Assembly (NCBI GenBank): GCA_963789955.1
Contig: CAWBMV010000006.1
Span: 224,001 to 288,000 of the forward strand
Direction: 5' to 3'
DNA length: 64,000 nt
Source: an uncultured Candidatus Rokubacteria bacterium
Lineage (GTDB): Bacteria; Methylomirabilota; Methylomirabilia; Rokubacteriales; CSP1-6
The position numbers were made by a program, and so were the translations under genes. The notes under the pieces are model-generated. The model had not been told where the DNA came from, did not search any database, and saw only the letters and a program-made list of their open reading frames with translations. Position 1 is the first letter of the stretch, and every line of letters begins with the position of its first letter. Shown in pieces: positions 41,900-52,686 of the stretch.

Positions 41900-42655
41900 T
41901 TGCTAGCCGTCCAGGGTCTCACGAAGCGCTTCGGCGGCTTCACCGCCGTCAACAGCGTGTCGTTCGGGGTCGAGAAGGGCGAGATCCTCGGCCTGATCGG
42001 CCCGAACGGCTCCGGCAAGAGCACGATCTTCAACATGCTCTCCGGCACCCTCGCGCCGAACGCGGGGTCGATCCGGTTCGAGGACCGTGAGATCGCCGGC
42101 CAGCCGCCGTACCGGATCATCAATCTCGGCATCGGCCGCACGTTCCAGATCCCACGGCCGTTCCGCCGGCTCTCGCTCCTCGAGAACGTGGTGCTCGCGG
42201 GATTCTTCGGCCAGGGTCGGCACTCGCGCGCCAAGGCCTTCGAGGCCGCGGAGCGGGCGCTCGGCCTCGTCGGGTTGCCGACCGATCGTGCGGCCACGGT
42301 GGACGGGCTGGGGGCCGCGGCCCTGAAGAAGCTGGAGCTCGCCAAGGCGCTGGCCACCCAGCCGAAGCTCCTGCTCGCCGACGAGAGCCTCAGCGGCCTG
42401 GACGAGCACGAGATGGATCAGGCGGCCGAGCTCCTGCGGCGGATCTGCCGGGAGCTCGGCATCACGATCATCTGGGTCGAGCACATCATGGGCGTCCTGA
42501 TGCGGGTGGTGGACCGCGTGATGGTGCTCGATCACGGCGAGAAGATCGCCGAGGGTCTGCCGGCCAAGGTCGCGAGCGACCCGCGCGTGATCGAGGTCTA
42601 TCTCGGCACCCGCGCCGCGGCGGTGTCGGCGGCCGCGGCGGCCGGCCGCGCCTGA
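41900..42655 (+). CDS. ABC ATPase, LivG-like
   Basis: GPNGSGKST, RTFQIPRPF, EH.M, DPRVIEVYLG. Confidence 0.92.
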   Translation: MLAVQGLTKRFGGFTAVNSVSFGVEKGEILGLIGPNGSGKSTIFNMLSGTLAPNAGSIRFEDREIAGQPPYRIINLGIGRTFQIPRPFRRLSLLENVVLAGFFGQGRHSRAKAFEAAERALGLVGLPTDRAATVDGLGAAALKKLELAKALATQPKLLLADESLSGLDEHEMDQAAELLRRICRELGITIIWVEHIMGVLMRVVDRVMVLDHGEKIAEGLPAKVASDPRVIEVYLGTRAAAVSAAAAAGRA

Positions 42656-42672
42656 CCCGAGCGGGCGCCTCC

Positions 42673-43401
42673 GTGCCGACCCAGTCGACCGCGCCCATGC
42701 TCGAGCTGAAGTCCGTCCGCGCCGGGTACGGGACCTTCCAGGCACTGTTCGACGTGTCGCTCGAGGTGCGTCGCGGCGAAGCGGTCGGCGTCATCGGCCC
42801 GAACGGCGCCGGCAAGACGACCCTGATGCGCGTCGTCTCCGGACTGATCCGGCCGACCTCCGGCTCGCTCGTGATGGAAGGCGTCGACCTGGCGAGCACG
42901 CCGGCGCACCGGATCGTGGAGCTCGGCGTCGCCCACGTGCCGGAAAGCCGGCGCCTCTTCCCGCGCATGACCGTCGAGGACAATCTGAAGATGGGCGGCT
43001 TCGTGCCGGCCGCGCGCCCGAAGTTCCGCCGACAGCTCGAGGTCGTCTACGAGCTGTTCCCGCGGATGCGCGAGCGACGCCATCAGCTCGCCGGCAGCAT
43101 GTCGGGTGGCGAGCAGCAGATGTGCGCGATCGGCCGCGCGTTGATGTCCGAGCCGAAGCTGCTCCTGCTCGACGAGCCGTCCGCCGGGCTGGCGCCGGTT
43201 CTCGTCGAGCAGGTCTTCGAGCTGGTCAATCGCATCCGGGCCGGCGGCCTGACCGTGCTGATCGTCGAGCAGAACGTGCAGCAGGTGCTCCGGGTGGTCG
43301 ATCGCGCGTACTTGCTCAAGACGGGCCGTATCCACACCGCCGGCGGCGCCGCCGAGCTCCTGGCGAGCGACAGCATTCGCCAGGCGTATCTCGGAGTCTG
43401 A
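42673..43401 (+). CDS. ABC ATPase, LivF-like
   Basis: GPNGAGKTT, MSGGEQQM, LLDEPSAGLAP, VEQN, AYLG. Confidence 0.93.
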   Translation: MPTQSTAPMLELKSVRAGYGTFQALFDVSLEVRRGEAVGVIGPNGAGKTTLMRVVSGLIRPTSGSLVMEGVDLASTPAHRIVELGVAHVPESRRLFPRMTVEDNLKMGGFVPAARPKFRRQLEVVYELFPRMRERRHQLAGSMSGGEQQMCAIGRALMSEPKLLLLDEPSAGLAPVLVEQVFELVNRIRAGGLTVLIVEQNVQQVLRVVDRAYLLKTGRIHTAGGAAELLASDSIRQAYLGV

Positions 43402-43416
43402 GCGAGGAGCACGCCC

Positions 43417-44286
43417 GTGGGTATCTTCGACATCTTCTTGCTCGAGGCGGTGATCAACGGGCTCCTGCTCGGCGGGGTGCTCGCACTACTGTCGCTCGGA
43501 CTCAACCTGGTCTTCGGGGTCATCGACGTCGTCTGGATCTGCTACGCCGAGCTCGTCATGCTCGGCATGTACGGGATGTACTTTCTCTACACGGTCTACC
43601 ACGCGCCGATCGTGCTGGCGGCGGCGGTCTGCATCGTCTGCGTCGGCATCCTCGGCCTGCTGCTCCATACGCTCGTGATCGCCCCGCTCCTCGGCGCGGC
43701 GCCGATCAATCAGCTCCTGGCCACCGGCGGCGTCCTCTTCTTCCTGCAGTCCGCGGCGACCGTGCTGTTCGGCGTCGAGTTCAAGAACCTCGGGCTGCGC
43801 CTGCCGGTGCTGAAAGTCGCCGGCATGTTCGTCAGCTACTCGCGCCTGCTGGCCTTCGGCGCCGCGCTGATCGCCATGGTGCTGGTCTACCTGCTGCTGA
43901 CCCGGACCTACACGGGCACGGCGATCCGCGCGATCGCGCAGGACCGCCAGATCATGCCGCTGATGGGCGTCAACAGCCGCCGGATCTACCTGATCACCTC
44001 GGGGCTCGGCGGCGCGCTGGCCGGCCTCGCCGCGTGCCTGCTGGTCTTGCAGTACGACGTGCATCCCTTCGTGGGGCTCACGTTCGGGCCGATCACGTTC
44101 CTGATCTGCGTGCTCGGAAGCCTCGGCAACTTCGGCGGCGGCTTCTTCGCCGCCTTCGTGTTCGCCGAGATCATCTCGGTCGGCGGCCTCTATCTCGACC
44201 TGGAGTGGGGCTACGTCTTCGCCTTCGCCTTCTTCATCGTGATGATGTTCGTGCGGCCCGAGGGCCTGATGGTCCGGCGCTCGTGA
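43417..44286 (+). CDS. ABC permease, LivH-like
   Basis: NGLLLGG..AL.SLGL.LVFGV, G.AIRAIAQD, VLG.LG, RPEGL. Confidence 0.92.
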   Translation: MGIFDIFLLEAVINGLLLGGVLALLSLGLNLVFGVIDVVWICYAELVMLGMYGMYFLYTVYHAPIVLAAAVCIVCVGILGLLLHTLVIAPLLGAAPINQLLATGGVLFFLQSAATVLFGVEFKNLGLRLPVLKVAGMFVSYSRLLAFGAALIAMVLVYLLLTRTYTGTAIRAIAQDRQIMPLMGVNSRRIYLITSGLGGALAGLAACLLVLQYDVHPFVGLTFGPITFLICVLGSLGNFGGGFFAAFVFAEIISVGGLYLDLEWGYVFAFAFFIVMMFVRPEGLMVRRS

Positions 44287-45251
44287 CCCGCTATCTCTGG
44301 TGGCTCGCCGGCGCGGCACTGGTGGCGCTGCCGTTCGTCTACCGCTCGCCGTATCCGCTCCACATCCTGGTCATCATCCTGATCTGGTCGTTCGCGTACA
44401 CCTCGTGGTCGGTGATGGGGCGCTTCGGCCTGGTCTCGCTCGGCCACGGCGGCTTCATGGGCGTCGGCGCCTACGTCACGGCGCTCACGTGGAACTACGG
44501 GCACGTCAGCCCGTGGATCGGCGTGCCGCTGGCGGTGGTCGCGAGCGCGGCGCTGGCGGCGCTGGTCGCGTATCCCTGCTTCCGCTTCCGGATCACCGGC
44601 CACTACTTCGCGCTCGTCACCCTGGCGCTCTCGGGCATCGTGCTCCAGGTGATCACGGCGACACGCGACTACACCGGCGGCTCGCTCGGCTACACGCCGG
44701 AGCGCTATCAGGGCGGCAGCTCGATCTGGGCGCTGCAGTTCCACGACAAGACGACGTGGTACCTGATCGCGCTCGCGGTCTGGGCGGGCGGGCTCTACGT
44801 GTGGAATCGCGTCGACCGCAGCATGCTCCGCTACGCGCTCGAGGCGATCTCGGAGGACGAGGACGCCGCGGCCGCCGCCGGAGTTCACGTGACCGCGGAG
44901 AAGCTCAAGATCACCGTGCTCAGCGCCACCATGACCGCGCTCGCCGGCGCGCTCTACTGCCAGTACCAGATGTTCATCTCGCCCGACACGGTCAGCGGCA
45001 TCTCGGTCTCGCTGCAGATGGTCTTCGCCGTCGTGGTCGGCGGCATCTACGTCTCGCTCGGGCCGACGATCGGCGCGGTGATCACGATCCTGTTGGCCGA
45101 AGTGCTGCGCATCGGGTTCGGCACCCGGGCGGTCGGCTGGGACAATCTCGTCTACGGCGTGCTGCTGGTCCTGTTCATCATCTTCCTGCCCAAGGGCATC
45201 GTCGGAAGCCTGCTGGACCTTGGCCGGAGAGCGCGATGGACCTCGAGCTGA
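44283..45251 (+). CDS. ABC permease, LivM-like
   Basis: GLVSLGH..F.GVGAY, YFALVTL, AISEDEDAA...GV, PKGI.G. Confidence 0.92.
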   Translation: MTRYLWWLAGAALVALPFVYRSPYPLHILVIILIWSFAYTSWSVMGRFGLVSLGHGGFMGVGAYVTALTWNYGHVSPWIGVPLAVVASAALAALVAYPCFRFRITGHYFALVTLALSGIVLQVITATRDYTGGSLGYTPERYQGGSSIWALQFHDKTTWYLIALAVWAGGLYVWNRVDRSMLRYALEAISEDEDAAAAAGVHVTAEKLKITVLSATMTALAGALYCQYQMFISPDTVSGISVSLQMVFAVVVGGIYVSLGPTIGAVITILLAEVLRIGFGTRAVGWDNLVYGVLLVLFIIFLPKGIVGSLLDLGRRARWTSS

Positions 45252-45989
45252 GCGGCAAGGTCGCCGTCGTCACGGGGACCAGCGTCGGGCTCGGACGCGA
45301 GATCGCCAAGGTGCTGGCGGCGGAGGGCGCCCGGACGGTCGATCGTCGCCCGGCGCGCGAATCTCCTCGCGACGCTCCAGGACGAGATCGAGCGGGCGGG
45401 CGGCGCGCGACCGCTGGCGCTGCCGCTCGACCTCTACACGCCGGACGCGCCGGCGCGGATTCGCGACGCGGCGCTCTCGGCCTACGGGCGGGTCGACATC
45501 TTGATCAACAACGCGGGCGGCTCGCGCCCGATCCCGTGGGACTCGCCCGACGCCGCCTGGGACGAATCGTTCTCGATCAACTTCACCGCGGTGCGCCGGA
45601 CGACCCATGCGCTCCTGCCCGGAATGATCGAGCGGCGCTGGGGCCGCGTGCTCTGCGTGACCGGCACCGCCGAGCCGTCCGGCGTCAACGCCGCGGTGGC
45701 GGCGAAGGCCGGTGTCCACGCCTGGGCGAAGGGACTCTCGCGCGAGATGGGGCGGCACGGGATCACGATCAACTGCCTGTCGCCCGGGCGGGTCCACAGC
45801 GAGCAGATCGACCAGCGCCTGCACCCGACGCCCGAGAGCCAGGCCGAGTTCGCCCGCAACATCCCGCTCGGCTATTTCGGCGACCCGTCCGACGTGGCGT
45901 TCCTGGCCGCGTTCCTGTGCTCGCCCAAGGCGCGCTACATCACGGGCGAGCGCATCCACGTCGACGGCGGGCTGCACCGCGCGGTCTGA
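45236..45989 (+). CDS. SDR oxidoreductase (indel near 45340)
   Basis: KVAVVTGTSVGLG, LINNAGG, N...KAG, ITIN..SPG, YITGE.I.VDGG. Confidence 0.88.
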
Positions 45990-45993
45990 GCCG

Positions 45994-46659
45994 ATGGCGC
46001 GCATCGCCCGCGAGCTCTTCGCCTTTCTCGCCGAGCTCCGCCGGCACAACAACCGCGAGTGGTTCAACGAGAACAAGGACCGGTATCTGGCGGAGGTGCG
46101 CGATCCGGCGCTCGCGTTCGTCGCCTCGCTCGCGCCCGGCCTCAACCGGATCAGCCGGCACATCTCGGTGGATCCGCGGCCGTCCGGCGGCTCGATGATG
46201 CGGATCTATCGGGACACGCGATTCAGTCGCGACAAGACGCCCTACAAGACCAACGTCGGCATCCACTTCGGTCTGAAGGCGCCGAGAGACTTCGAGGCCC
46301 CCGGCTACTATCTGCACCTGGAGCCGGGGCACGTGTTCATGGGCGCCGGGATCTGGCATCCGGGCGCCGACGCGCTCCGCGTCATCCGCGCGGCCATCGT
46401 GAAGGATCCGCGCGGGTGGAAGGCGGCCAGTCGCGTGGGCCTCTCCGACCACGAGGCCACCTTGAAGCGGCCGCCGCGCGGCTTCGATCCCGAGCACCCG
46501 CTGATCGACGACCTCAAGCGCCTCTCGTTCACGACCGGTGCGGAGTTCACCCAGCAGCAGGCCTGCGCTCCGGATTTTGCGGCGCGCTACGTGGCCGCGT
46601 GCCGACGCGCGGCGCCGCTGATGCGTTTCCTCGCCAAGGCGATGGGGCTCGGGTTCTGA
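45994..46659 (+). CDS. DUF2461 (TIGR02453) family protein
   Basis: FL.EL..HNNREWF.ENK.RY, RIYRDTRFS.DK.PYK. Confidence 0.92.
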   Translation: MARIARELFAFLAELRRHNNREWFNENKDRYLAEVRDPALAFVASLAPGLNRISRHISVDPRPSGGSMMRIYRDTRFSRDKTPYKTNVGIHFGLKAPRDFEAPGYYLHLEPGHVFMGAGIWHPGADALRVIRAAIVKDPRGWKAASRVGLSDHEATLKRPPRGFDPEHPLIDDLKRLSFTTGAEFTQQQACAPDFAARYVAACRRAAPLMRFLAKAMGLGF

Positions 46660-46717
46660 TCTCAGCCCCGCGATCCGCGCTCGCCCTGACGAGGCGTCCG
46701 GCGTAGCATTGGGGGCC

Positions 46718-47896
46718 GTGACCCCAGGAAAGTCCGCTGCCTCCGGGATCGCCGTATCGTCCGTGAGCCGCGAAGAGCTCCTGCGCCGAGCGGCCGTGCT
46801 CGTCCCGGTCTTCAAGGAGCGCGCCGTGCGTACGGAGGAGCTCCGTCAGGTGCTCCCGGAAAGCGTGCGCGATCTGCTGGCATCCGAGCTCATCCGGATC
46901 GGCAACCCGCGCCGCTACGGCGGCCACGACGTCGAGGTGGATACCGCGTTCGAGGTCGGCTTCGAGCTCGGCCGCGGCTGCGGCTCGACCGCCTGGTGCT
47001 ATTCGCTGTGGACGGCGCACAACTGGTGGCTCGGCCACTTTCCCGAGCGGTGCCAGGAGGAGTTCTTCGCGACCGGCCCCGACACGCTCTTCTCGAGCGG
47101 CCTGAACCCGGCCGGCGGCAAGGTCGAGCCCGCGAGCGGCGGATTCAGAGTCTCCGGACGCTGGGGCTTCTCGAGCGGCTGCGACGCGGCCACGTGGGTC
47201 ATGGTGGCCGTTCCGGGCGCGCGCCCGGGCGCACTCCAGTGGCTTCTGCTCCCGCGGGCGGACTACCAGATCGTCGACACGTGGTTCGTGTCGGGCATGC
47301 GCGGGACGGGCAGCAAGGACATCGTGATCACCGACGCCTTCGTGCCCGCGCACCGCGCGGTAGATCCCGAGCGATCCGGAGCCGAGGACATGACCGGCTG
47401 GGAGCTCCACGGCCGACTCAGCTACCGCGCGCCGCTCCGGTGTCTGGCCGGCTGGGACCTGGCGGCGCCGCTGATCGGCATCGCGCAGGGCGCCGTCGAC
47501 GAGTTCGTGGCGCGGGCACAGCGCATGTCGGGTCCGGGCCGATCCGCCGACTCCGTCGCGCTGCAGCTCCGGCTGGCGGAGTCCGCCGCCGAAGTGGACG
47601 CGGCGCGCGCGCTCCACCGGCAGGACATCCGCGAGATCCTCGACCGCGCGGCGCGGGGCGAAGGATTCTCCGAGCTCGATCGCATCCGCTACCGGCGCGA
47701 CAAGGCGTTCATCGCGCGGCTCTGCGTGCGCGCGGTCGACCGCCTGTTCGAGGGCAGCGGCGCGCGCGCCGTCCTCGACGCGGAGCCGATCCAGCGCTGT
47801 CATCGCGACGCGCACGGCGCCTCGCACCACGCGGCGCTGAGCTGGGACCTCGTCGCCGAACAATTCGGCCGGCAAGCCATGGGGGTCGGACCCTAG
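46718..47896 (+). CDS. Group D flavin-dependent monooxygenase (HsaA/acyl-CoA dehydrogenase fold)
   Basis: P.RYGG, GCGSTAW, SGRWGFSSGCD.A.W, DTW.VSGMRGTGS, IQR..RD.H. Start inferred from TAGCAT -10. Confidence 0.88.
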   Translation: MTPGKSAASGIAVSSVSREELLRRAAVLVPVFKERAVRTEELRQVLPESVRDLLASELIRIGNPRRYGGHDVEVDTAFEVGFELGRGCGSTAWCYSLWTAHNWWLGHFPERCQEEFFATGPDTLFSSGLNPAGGKVEPASGGFRVSGRWGFSSGCDAATWVMVAVPGARPGALQWLLLPRADYQIVDTWFVSGMRGTGSKDIVITDAFVPAHRAVDPERSGAEDMTGWELHGRLSYRAPLRCLAGWDLAAPLIGIAQGAVDEFVARAQRMSGPGRSADSVALQLRLAESAAEVDAARALHRQDIREILDRAARGEGFSELDRIRYRRDKAFIARLCVRAVDRLFEGSGARAVLDAEPIQRCHRDAHGASHHAALSWDLVAEQFGRQAMGVGP

Positions 47897-47955
47897 TCAC
47901 CAACGACCAACGGTAACAGCGGGAGCGCACGCGCCCGCGCGTTCGCAGGGGAGTC

Positions 47956-47980
47956 GAGAGGGGGGCGGAGCCCCCCTCTC
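47956..47980. repeat. REP-like perfect palindrome
   Basis: GAGAGGGGGGC-GGA-GCCCCCCTCTC: 11-bp stem with GNA triloop. Confidence 0.7.
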
Positions 47981-47997
47981 CCAAGGGAGACAAGCAG

Positions 47998-49654
47998 ATG
48001 AAAGTGGTCGACGCGATCGCCGAGATCATGAAGCGCGAAGGCGTCGAGTTCCTCAGCACGTATCCCGACGCACGCCGATCATCGACGCCGCGGCGGCCGC
48101 CGGGATCCGGCCCGTGCTCTGCCGGCAGGAGCGCGTCGGCGTCGGCATCGCCGACGGCTTCAGCCGGACCACCAACGGGCGGCGTCTCGGCGTGTTCGCG
48201 ATGCAGTACGGCCCCGGTGCCGAGAACGCGTTCCCCGGCGTCGCCACGGCGTACTCGGACTCGGTGCCGATCCTGGTCTTGCCGCTCGGCCACCAGCGCG
48301 ACCGGGCCCAGGTGTTTCCGCTCTTCAGCTCGGCGCGCACCTACGCGTCGGTCACGAAGTGGGTCGAGACCCTGAACCAGCCCGAGCAGGTCGGCGAGGT
48401 CATGCGGCGCGCGTTCAATCTCCTGAAGATGGGACGCCCCGGCCCGGTCATGGTCGAGATCCCGGCCGACGTGGCGGTCGCCGACGTCGCGGAGCAGATC
48501 GCGCTCCAGTACAAGCCGGTGAAGGCCACGAGCCCCGCGGGCAACGCGCGCGACATCGAGGCGGCCGCCCGCGCGCTGCTCGAGGCGCAGACAGCCGGTG
48601 ATTCACGCCGGGCAGGGCGTGCTGTACGCCGAGGCCAGTGCCCGAGCTCCTCGAGCTCGCCGAGCTTCTGCAGATTCCGGTCATGACCACGCTCGAGGGC
48701 AAGAGCGCCTTCCCGGAGGATCATCCGCTGTCGCTCGGCACCGGCGGCGGCGGCGTCATGTCCGGCGCCGTCGCATCACTTCCTGTCTCAGGCGGATCTC
48801 GTGCTCGGGATCGGCTGCAGCTTCACCAAGCACGGGATGGCGTCCAACATCCCGGCGGGCAAGACCATCATTCACGCCACCAACGACGAGCGCGACCTCA
48901 ACAAGAACTACACCGCCGATCATCCGATCCTGGGCGACGCCAAGCTGGTGCTTCGCCAGTTCATCGACGCCGCCAAGGACCTTCTGCGCGGCCGCGTCGC
49001 GCGACGGCGGCGTGGCGGCGGAGATCCAGCAGGCCAGGGAGGCCTGGCTGAAGGAGTGGATGCCCAAGCTCACCTCGAACGAGGTGCCGATCACGCCGTA
49101 CCGGGTGATCTGCGGACTTCATGCAGGCGGTCGATCCGCGCGACGCGATCGTCACGCACGACTCGGGCAGCCCGCGCAATCAGATGGTCCCGTTCTATCG
49201 CGCGACGGCGCCGCGCAGCTACATGGGCTGGGGCAAGTCCCACGCGCTCGGCACCGGCCTGGGCCTCGATCATGGGCGCCAAGCTCGCCGCGCCCGACAA
49301 GTTCTGCGTGAACTTCATGGGCGACGCCGCGTTCGGCATGACCGGGCTCGACTTCGAGACCGCCGTGCGCTGCGGCATCCCGATCACCACGGTCGTCCTC
49401 AACAACTCCGCCATGGCGATCGAGCGCCACGCGCTGGTCGTGTCGCACGACCGCTACCGGACGCGGGACATCGGCGGCCACTACGCCGACCTGGGGCGGG
49501 CGATGGGCGGCCAGGCCGAGCGGGTCGACGAAGCCCGCCGACATCGTGCCGGCGTTCCAGCGGGCCCGGAAGGCGAACGCAGGACGGCCAGGCCGTGCTG
49601 CTCGAGTTCATCACGAGCGAAGAGATCGCCTTTTCGCACCGGCGCGCGCTCTAG
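47998..49654 (+). CDS. ThDP-dependent enzyme, acetolactate synthase-like (many indels)
   Basis: [42 protein letters not shown]; split over several frames. Confidence 0.85.
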
Positions 49655-49675
49655 GTGGAAGGCCGGCGCGGACCG

Positions 49676-50741
49676 ATGCAATTCGGCTGGCTGACGCTCG
49701 CTCACTCCAGCTCGCCGGACGCCGACTACGGCGCGATCCAGGACCTGGTCGCCCAGGCGTGCTTCGCCGAGACCGCCGGCTTCGACGGGATCTGGCTCAC
49801 CGAGCACAACTTCACGGGCGAGAGCGTCTACTGCGATCCGATCCCGTTCGCCAGCGCGGTGGCCGCGCGCACGTCACGGATCCGCATCGGCTTCGCCGTG
49901 CTCCAGCTCGCGCTGCGCCACCCGATCCGGCTGGCGACCGAGCTGGCGCTGCTCGACAATCTCTCGGGCGGCCGGCTCGACGTCGGAGTCGGCCACGGCA
50001 CCAACTTCAACGAGTACGAGTTCATGGGCTTCGGCCTGCGCAGCGACGACAGCCGCGAGCGCATGGACGAGACGCTCGATATCATGGTGCGCGCGTGGAC
50101 GGAGTCGCCGCTCGTCCACGACGGGAAGTTCTACCGGCTTCGCTTGCCGGAGCTACGTCCGCGGCCGCTCCAGCGCCCGCACCCGCCGGTCTGGCGGGCG
50201 GTGTCCTCGGGCGGCGCGCTGCGTGAGTGCGGCCGGCTCGGGCGCGCCGATCATGATGGCCAGGATCCCGCTCGCCCGGGTGCCCGAGCGCCTGGCGCTC
50301 TACGAGACCGGCCTCGCCGAGAGCGGCCTCGACACCGAACGGCTGCGCCGGCTCCGTGAGCAAGCCGCCCTGTGGCGCTTCGTCCACGTCGCCGAGAGTC
50401 AGGCTCAGGCCGAGGACGAGCTGACCCGGGCGCTGCTCCAGACCCGGCGGCACATGGTCCACGCGCGCGAGACCAACAACCCGGCCGACTTCCACGTCGA
50501 GGCATCGCGGGTGAATCCGTGGAACGATCCGCACGTGTCCGACGAAGACGGCGTGCGTTACTCGCTCGAGACCTCGACGCTCTGCGGGACGCCCAAGCAC
50601 GTCGCCGAGCAAATCGCCGAGATCCGCGATGCCGGTGTGCACCACGTGCTGTGCCAGATGAGCTACGGCTACCTGGCGCACAAGTCGATCATGGAGTCGA
50701 TGCGCCGGTTCGGCGAGGACGTGATCCCGAAGTTTCGCTGA
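49676..50741 (+). CDS. LLM-class flavin-dependent oxidoreductase (indel near 50245)
   Basis: GFD.IWLTEHNF, HPIRLA.E.A.LD.LS.GRLDVGVG.G, PRPLQRPHPP.W. Confidence 0.9.
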
Positions 50742-50773
50742 CTCCCGCGCTCCGGCTGGCTCCCGCAGGCACG

Positions 50774-50802
50774 CCCTTCATCCCGAATTCGAGCCGTTCG
50801 TC
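50774..50802 (+). promoter_or_regulatory. LytTR (AlgR-like) direct-repeat binding site
   Basis: CCCTTCATC (50774-82) and CCGTTCGTC (50794-802), 20 bp apart, upstream of the gene preceding the LytS/LytTR pair. Confidence 0.65.
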
Positions 50803-50861
50803 CGATTGGCGAGGCCGATAGCCCGGCGTCCGTCGATCCTGGGTCTCGAGGAGGAACCACC

Positions 50862-51575
50862 ATGATCAGACCCAGGCGCAGTGCCACCGTGCTCGCGGTC
50901 CTGCTCGTTTCGGGGATCGTGCTCTTGGCCGGCTCCCCGCGAGCCCAGAACACGCCCGACCCATCGCCGCGCTTCGACGAGATCGTCCGCGCCGACTTCT
51001 TTGCCGGATTCCGGGGCGACGCCGCCCGGCTCGAGAGGGGCATGAAGCGCTGCGAGGAGAAGCTGGCGACCAATCCAACCAACGCCGACGCGCTGGTCTG
51101 GCACGGCGCCGGGCTCATGTTCATGGCGGGCCAGGCCGGGCAGCGGCAGGATTTCGCGACCGCGACCGAGCGCGCGCGGCGCGGCCGCGCGGAGATGGAT
51201 CGCGCCGACCAGATCGCCCCCGACTCGCTGAGCGTGATGCTCGTACGCGCGGTGACCCTGAGCGCGTCGGCGCCCAACGTGCGCGATCGCGCGCAGGGGC
51301 GGATCATGCAGGAATCGGCGGTCGCCGGCTTCGAACGGGCGCTCGCGATCCAGACGCCCACGCTCGACCGCCTCTCCGAGCACTCGCGCGGCGAGCTCCT
51401 GGCCGGTCTGGCCGAAGGCTGGGCGAGGCTCGGCGACACCGAGCGCTCGCGCGGCTATCTCGAGCGGATCGTGAAGGAGATGCCGGACACACGCTACCAG
51501 GCCCGCGCGCGGGCGTGGCTCGAAGACGGACCGCAGGCGGGGCCGATGACGTGTCTCACGTGCCATCGCCAGTGA
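50862..51575 (+). CDS. Secreted TPR-like helical protein ending in a CxxCH heme motif
   Basis: GAGGAGG SD; signal peptide; helical repeats; C-terminus MTCLTCHRQ*. Confidence 0.75.
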   Translation: MIRPRRSATVLAVLLVSGIVLLAGSPRAQNTPDPSPRFDEIVRADFFAGFRGDAARLERGMKRCEEKLATNPTNADALVWHGAGLMFMAGQAGQRQDFATATERARRGRAEMDRADQIAPDSLSVMLVRAVTLSASAPNVRDRAQGRIMQESAVAGFERALAIQTPTLDRLSEHSRGELLAGLAEGWARLGDTERSRGYLERIVKEMPDTRYQARARAWLEDGPQAGPMTCLTCHRQ

Positions 51576-51603
51576 CCCGAGGGCGGCCCTGACTCGGGCC
51601 GTC

Positions 51604-52686
51604 ATGCTACGATCGACACGACCGGTGGGACGGATACTCCGAATCCTCGCGACCAACACCTTTGCCGCGGCGGTGTACGCGCTCCTGCTCGGCTCGCTGG
51701 TCGGCTGGCGCTCGATGCTGACGTACTTCCTGATCTCGTTCCTCTACGCCAGCGTGATCGGTACCGCGGCCAACTTGATCATGCCGCTGGTCGGTGCGCG
51801 CCTCTCCGCGGGCGCGCCCGTCCTCTACTGGCTCGGGCTCGCCGGCACCTTGCTCGGGCTCACTCTGGTCGGCTCGATCGTGGCCGGCCTTCTCGCGGCG
51901 GCGTTGGGACTCTTCGGCCCGGGCTCCACGTGGGCCGCTCAGCGCGCCGGCATCGGCATCGCGCTGGTCCTCGCCATGACCGTCGGCATGGGCGTGGCGG
52001 TGTACGAAAGCATGCGGCATCGCCTGGACGCGGCCCGCGAGAGCCTGCGCGCCCGTGAGCTGGAGATCGAGCGTGCCCATCGCCTGGCGAGCGACGCGCG
52101 CCTGGCGTCGCTCGAGTCGCGCTTGCATCCGCACTTCCTGTTCAACGCGCTCGCGGCCATCGCAGGCCAGGTGCGAGAGTCGCCGGAGCGGGCCGAGCGG
52201 CTCCTGATCGAGTTCGCGGATCTGCTTCGCGCCTCGCTCGACGCGACCAAGCGCCACACGGTGCCGCTCGGAGACGAGATCACCGTGGTCCAGTCCTATC
52301 TGGAGATCGAGCACGCGCGCCTGGGCGAGCGCCTGCGCGCGAAGCTCGACGTGCCCGAAGATCTCAAAGCATGGCCGGTCCCGCCGCTGAGCCTTCACAC
52401 CCTCGTACAGAACAGCGTCAAGCACGTGGCCGCCGCGCGGCCGGAGGGCGCCGAGATTCGCGTCGAGGCACGGCGCGCCGGCGATCGTCTGGCGCTGAGC
52501 GTGTGGGACGACGGCTCAGGGTTCGAGATCGGCGAGGCGCCGGCCGGGCACGGGATCGAGACACTCCGTGCGCGTCTCGGCGTGCTCTACGGCCCGGCCG
52601 CGAGTCTCGAGGCCGCGCGTGCCGACGGCGGCGCCAGGGTCACCATGTCGGTGCCGGCCCACGCCGTGATCGCCGAGCGCTCATGA
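51604..52686 (+). CDS. LytS/FimS-type sensor histidine kinase
   Basis: TM helices; ARLASLESRLHPHFLFNAL; YL.IE..RLG.RL; N.VKH; DDG.G. Confidence 0.92.
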   Translation: MLRSTRPVGRILRILATNTFAAAVYALLLGSLVGWRSMLTYFLISFLYASVIGTAANLIMPLVGARLSAGAPVLYWLGLAGTLLGLTLVGSIVAGLLAAALGLFGPGSTWAAQRAGIGIALVLAMTVGMGVAVYESMRHRLDAARESLRARELEIERAHRLASDARLASLESRLHPHFLFNALAAIAGQVRESPERAERLLIEFADLLRASLDATKRHTVPLGDEITVVQSYLEIEHARLGERLRAKLDVPEDLKAWPVPPLSLHTLVQNSVKHVAAARPEGAEIRVEARRAGDRLALSVWDDGSGFEIGEAPAGHGIETLRARLGVLYGPAASLEAARADGGARVTMSVPAHAVIAERS

